A stretch of DNA of 58,528 nt from Myxococcota bacterium (GTDB lineage: Bacteria; Myxococcota; JACRCW01), in NCBI GenBank assembly GCA_040752415.1, contig JBFMGU010000029.1, forward strand, positions 1-58,528. Direction: 5' to 3'. The notes beneath the pieces were generated by a model. That model worked only from the letters and a program-made list of their open reading frames with translations, was not told the DNA's origin and did no database searches. Positions 54,680 through 58,528 of this stretch are shown here, piece after piece; within the stretch, counting starts at the first letter, position 1, and every line of letters starts with the position of its first letter. The translations under genes were made by a program, and so were the position numbers.

Positions 54680-54695
54680 TGCATCCGGTGCGCCA
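54680..54695 (-). promoter_or_regulatory. Putative sigma54 promoter for the small peptide
   Basis: Minus strand TGGCGCACCGGATGCA, GG-N10-GC. Confidence 0.45.
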
Positions 54696-54773
54696 GGTGA
54701 CGTCGTGGGGAAGGGTGGGAAGCCGCGTGCCGGGGCGCGCAAGCCTTGCCGCGGCGCCGCAACGCGGTTGCGT

Positions 54774-56054
54774 CTACCCGTCGGAGCCGGAGGCCACGGA
54801 AACCGCCTTGGCGCCCTGGGGCGCGCGCGTGGCGGGATGCTGCACCACCGGGGCGCCGGTGATGATGCGTTCAAAGGCCCGGAGCGCGTGGGGCTGGTCG
54901 TAGCGCGCCATGAACGTCTCGCGCGCTTTCAGGCCCATCCGCTCGCGCAGCGCCACGTCGTCCTTGAGGCGCATCAGTGCGTCCACCAGGCCGGGCCCGT
55001 CGCCATTGCGCACGCACAGGCCCGCGCCGGACTCCTCCAGGAGGCGCCACACGTCGGACTCCGGCGGCCCCACGAAGACACTGGGACGACCCGCGGCCAT
55101 GACGCCGTAGACCTTGGAGGGCACCACCATGCCGCTGAGGCGCGGGTGCAGGCTGATGAGATGCACGTCGGCGGCGCCGAGCGAGTGGCTGAGCTGCTCC
55201 CGCGGGAAGAGCGGCCAGAAGCGCAGGTTCACCGCGCCGCGTGCGCGCATGCCCTGCTCCAGCGGCGCCTTCCGTACGCCGTCGCCCACCAGCGCAAACA
55301 GGATGTCATCCCGGCGACCGAGCTGCGTGAAGGCATGCTCCAGCGTGTCAAAGTCATGCGCCAGGCCGAAGTTGCCGGAGTACATCACGCAGAACCGGTC
55401 GCGCTCCGCCCAGCCCTCCCTCAGCTTGTTGTCCTGCACCGGCGTCGGCAGGATGCGGTGTCCGTCGGCCCAGTTGTGCACCACGTGCACCTTCTCGACG
55501 GGTGCGCCGTGGGCGGTGAGCTGCGCGCGCATGGCGTCTCCCAGGGCCACCACCGCGTCGGCGCGCGTGAGGATCTGGCGGGAGAAGGCCGCGGTGCTGC
55601 GCGCCATGTTGCTGTCCCGGCGCAGCGCGCCCAGCTCCACCGCCACGTCGGGGTAGAGGTCCTGCACCCAGTAGATGAAGCGGCTGCCGCGCACCGCCTT
55701 GGCCATCATGCCCAGCGAGGCGACCAGCGGCGGCGTGGACAGGCACAGCACCACGTCGGGATGCGGGAGCGCCATGAGCTGCGCGGTGGCGGTGGCGTGG
55801 AAGGAGGCGTAGTCGGCGCCGCGGTGCAGCAGGGAGGCCTTGCCCAGGTTGGCCGTCCAGGCGCGGTGGATGTGCACGCCCGCGTGCAGCTCCTTGTGCG
55901 GCAGGGCGGCGTGTCCGCCGGCGTAGTGGCCCCGTCCGCACACAACATGCACGTCGTGACCGACGGCGGCCAGGTGCTCGCACAGGTCGGTGAGCAGCTG
56001 GCTCGTGGCGGCCAGGTCCGGCCAGTAGAACTGGTTGATGGCGGCAATGCGCAT
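54774..56054 (-). CDS. Glycosyltransferase family 4 (WcaI/WbuB-like)
   Basis: INQFYWPD, STPPL, WVQDLYPD, MYSGNFG..H and PSKVYGVMAAGRP. Confidence 0.92.
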   Translation of the reverse strand: MRIAAINQFYWPDLAATSQLLTDLCEHLAAVGHDVHVVCGRGHYAGGHAALPHKELHAGVHIHRAWTANLGKASLLHRGADYASFHATATAQLMALPHPDVVLCLSTPPLVASLGMMAKAVRGSRFIYWVQDLYPDVAVELGALRRDSNMARSTAAFSRQILTRADAVVALGDAMRAQLTAHGAPVEKVHVVHNWADGHRILPTPVQDNKLREGWAERDRFCVMYSGNFGLAHDFDTLEHAFTQLGRRDDILFALVGDGVRKAPLEQGMRARGAVNLRFWPLFPREQLSHSLGAADVHLISLHPRLSGMVVPSKVYGVMAAGRPSVFVGPPESDVWRLLEESGAGLCVRNGDGPGLVDALMRLKDDVALRERMGLKARETFMARYDQPHALRAFERIITGAPVVQHPATRAPQGAKAVSVASGSDG

Positions 56055-56088
56055 GGTCTGTTGTAACGCGCAGCCTCTGCCCGGGCCT

Positions 56089-57039
56089 TCAGCGCGCGTG
56101 CTGGCGGTACCAGCTCACCGTCTCACGCAGGCCCTCGTCAAAGCTGATTTCCGCCGTGAAGCCAAAGCGCTCCCGGGCCCGGCTCACGTCCAGCGCGCGC
56201 CGCGGCTGACCATTGGGCTTGCTCTCATCCCAGACCACGCGCCCGCGGTACTCCATCTCCCGCGAGATCTTCTCCGCCAGGTCCTTGATGCGGATTTCCT
56301 GTCCGCTGCCCAGGTTCACCGGGTCGGCGCCGTCGTAGCGCGCGGTGGCCAGGAGGATGCCGCGGGCCGCGTCGCGGGCGTGCAGGAACTCCCGGGTGGG
56401 GCTCCCGTCGCCCCAGAAGACCACCTCGGAGGCGCCGGCGCGCTGCGCGTCGTGGATCTTGCGGATCATGGCGGGGATGACGTGGCTGGTCTCCAGGTCA
56501 AAGTTGTCACGCGGGCCGTAGAGGTTCACCGGCAGCAGGAAGATGGCGTTGAGCCCGTACTGCGCGCGGTAGCCCTGCGCCTGCACCAGCAGCATCTTCT
56601 TGGCCAGGCCGTAGGGCGCGTTGGTTTCCTCGGGGTAGCCGTTCCACAGGTCCTCCTCCTTGAACGGCACCGGCGTGAACTTGGGGTACGCGCAGATGGA
56701 GCCCAGCGCCACGAACTTCTTGACGTCGTGGTGACGGGCCTGCTCCATCAGCTCGATGCCCATGATCATGTTCTCGTAGAAGAACCGGCCCGGGTTGGCG
56801 CGGTTGGCGCCAATGCCGCCCACCACCGCGGCCATGTGGATCACCACGTCGGGGCGGGTCTTCTCGTAGAGGGCCTTGATCTGGTCGGGCTTGCGCAGGT
56901 CGAACTCCCGGCTGCGCGGAGCGTGGACCTCCCGCACCGGGTACTTCTTGAGCTCCTCCATGACAAAGGAGCCCAGAAAGCCGTTGCCGCCGGTGACCAG
57001 GACGCGGGCGCCTTGCAGCGCGTTCTTGAGCTCGCTCAC
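56089..57039 (-). CDS. fcl: GDP-L-fucose synthase
   Basis: [41 protein letters not shown]...SHVIPA and [13 protein letters not shown] start overlapping the upstream stop. Confidence 0.92.
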   Translation of the reverse strand: MSELKNALQGARVLVTGGNGFLGSFVMEELKKYPVREVHAPRSREFDLRKPDQIKALYEKTRPDVVIHMAAVVGGIGANRANPGRFFYENMIMGIELMEQARHHDVKKFVALGSICAYPKFTPVPFKEEDLWNGYPEETNAPYGLAKKMLLVQAQGYRAQYGLNAIFLLPVNLYGPRDNFDLETSHVIPAMIRKIHDAQRAGASEVVFWGDGSPTREFLHARDAARGILLATARYDGADPVNLGSGQEIRIKDLAEKISREMEYRGRVVWDESKPNGQPRRALDVSRARERFGFTAEISFDEGLRETVSWYRQHAR

Positions 57040-58100
57040 CAGTCCACCCGTCCCAGCCACGCGTCCTTGTTGGCGGCGTACCAGTCAATGGTCTTGAGGA
57101 TGCCCTGCTCCCAGGTGTGCGCGGGCTTCCAGCCGGTCAGCGCGCCCAGCTTCTCGTAGCCCACCAGCAGCTCTTCCACGTCGGAGGAGCCCGGGCGGAA
57201 GCGACGCTCGTTGATCTTCAGCTCCCGCTTGCCCCAGCGCCCGTTCTTGCGGCCCACCTCCAGGATCAGCTCCATCCACTCCATGATGGTGATGTTCTGG
57301 CCCTGACCGTAGACGTAGACCTGGCCGGGGGTGCCGTAGAGCGCCACGTGGATGTGGCCCATCACGCCGTCCTCGACAAAGCAGAAGTCGCGCTTGGCCT
57401 TGGTGTAGCCCAGCTCCACCACCTCGCGGCACAGGGCCTGGGTGATGATGGTGCCGGTCACGTACCGCGGGTTCTGGCGCGGTCCGTAGTTGTTGAACAT
57501 GCGCGTGGTGACGCCGGGCAGGCCGTAGGCGTCAAAGTAGTTCATGGTCAGGAAGTCGGCGGCCAGCTTGCTGGTGGCGTAGATGCTCTTGGGATTGATG
57601 GGGCTGCGCTCGTGCAGGATGACGCTGCCGCCGTCGTGCCAGTCATGGTGGTGCTGCACGGAGGGGTTGACGTTGCCGTACTCCTCGCTGGTGCCGGCGG
57701 TGTCGAACTTGGTGAGCTTGAGGCCGTTGTCCACCACGGACTGCAGCAGGTTGAGCGTGCCCAGGATGTTGGAGCTCACCGTCTCGTAGGGGCGCTCCCA
57801 ACTCTCACCCACGTGGGCCTGCGCGGCCAGGTGGAAGACGATGGTGTCGTTGCCGTCCTTGAGGGAGCGGATGGCGCGGTCCACGGCGGTGCGGTCGGAG
57901 AGGTCACCCTGGTGGACCTTCACGCGGTCCTTGAGGTGGACGATGTTGCGGAGCTGCCCGGAGCTGGTGGCGCGCACGAAGACGCGCACGTCTGCGCCGT
58001 AGGCCACCAGCTTCTCGGTGAGGTGGCTGCCCACGAACCCGTCGGCGCCGGTGACGAAACAGGTCCTGCCCTTGAGATCCTTCTCCGGATTGACCGTCAT
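57036..58100 (-). CDS. NDP-sugar 4,6-dehydratase (GDP-mannose/dTDP-glucose dehydratase-like extended SDR)
   Basis: [27 protein letters not shown] and [10 protein letters not shown]. Confidence 0.88.
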   Translation of the reverse strand: MTVNPEKDLKGRTCFVTGADGFVGSHLTEKLVAYGADVRVFVRATSSGQLRNIVHLKDRVKVHQGDLSDRTAVDRAIRSLKDGNDTIVFHLAAQAHVGESWERPYETVSSNILGTLNLLQSVVDNGLKLTKFDTAGTSEEYGNVNPSVQHHHDWHDGGSVILHERSPINPKSIYATSKLAADFLTMNYFDAYGLPGVTTRMFNNYGPRQNPRYVTGTIITQALCREVVELGYTKAKRDFCFVEDGVMGHIHVALYGTPGQVYVYGQGQNITIMEWMELILEVGRKNGRWGKRELKINERRFRPGSSDVEELLVGYEKLGALTGWKPAHTWEQGILKTIDWYAANKDAWLGRVDW

Positions 58101-58461
58101 GAAACCCTTCCTTGCCCTGAGAGAAACGCGCGGCGACTAGCACAGTGGCAGGCCACGTGAAAGCCCGCCAATCCGCGTCGCTTCGGCCCTCGCCCGAGCC
58201 TGCGTGACCCCGGCAACGGCAGCCATGGGTGGCCTGCCGCGGGGGCAGCGTTCAAGGTGGGGGAGTGAGCGCTGGCACCAGCGGAGGCTGCACGCTCGGG
58301 GCCGGGTGGGTTCGGGCCGCCGTGACCACGGGTCCACAACCGGGTGCGCGCCACCGCGTCATCGGGCCCTTGGGCTCGGGGGCGGCGTCAGGACGGTTCT
58401 GCCCAGGTCGGCGAGGCCGGCGAACACCTAACCCCCCGCGCTTGTCCCACTGCGCTCACTC

Positions 58462-58515
58462 GCCCCCCTTCCCCAGTCTCAATTTTCCGTCGTCACCGAG
58501 CCGGGGAAGGGGGGC
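58462..58515. repeat. 13-bp perfect inverted repeat with 28-nt loop (REP-like hairpin)
   Basis: GCCCCCCTTCCCC (58462-58474) and GGGGAAGGGGGGC (58503-58515). Confidence 0.6.
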
Positions 58516-58528
58516 AATCCTTGGTCTG

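Noticed and set aside
57036..58100. Assigning gmd
   Set aside because: It sits next to fcl, but the motifs ([15 protein letters not shown]) differ from canonical Gmd (GITGQDG, LFNHES), so it is left without a symbol.

Overview
High-GC window that looks like a Myxococcota-type genome: it carries a MYXO-CTERM-like tail, a DUF2378/TIGR02265-like protein, TSP3-OmpA, tandem PilZ and many lipoproteins. About 45 genes are supportable; most other ORFs in the track are GC-rich shadow frames. The standout is a tightly packed minus-strand operon at 21335-28099: MBL-fold hydrolase with 2 cNMP domains, then a 2xFn3 + multi-Zn-finger protein, a 99-aa Zn-finger protein ending ...ERATFA, an E2 (UBC-like) with a Zn ribbon, a JAB peptidase fused to an E2/RWD-like tail, and an E1 (ThiF) with a degenerate N-terminal adenylation-like domain. 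This looks like a complete bacterial ubiquitination-like machine with no recognisable ubiquitin or CD-NTase. It sits behind a sigma54 -24/-12 motif and two NtrC-type palindromes. Other unexplained structure: a ~3.8-kb block (TetR, glycosyltransferase stub, esterase, propeller lipoprotein) bounded by ~65-bp direct repeats that duplicate the 5' end of a HAD gene; a 29/35-bp tandem repeat array at 18.5 kb; a 122-bp TGT...ACA inverted-repeat element; and small unannotated membrane peptides. The rest is surface proteins, signalling genes and the start of a GDP-sugar/glycosyltransferase cluster. No rRNA, tRNA, CRISPR, integrase or transposase was recognised. All family calls come from motif recognition by eye; no database search was run.
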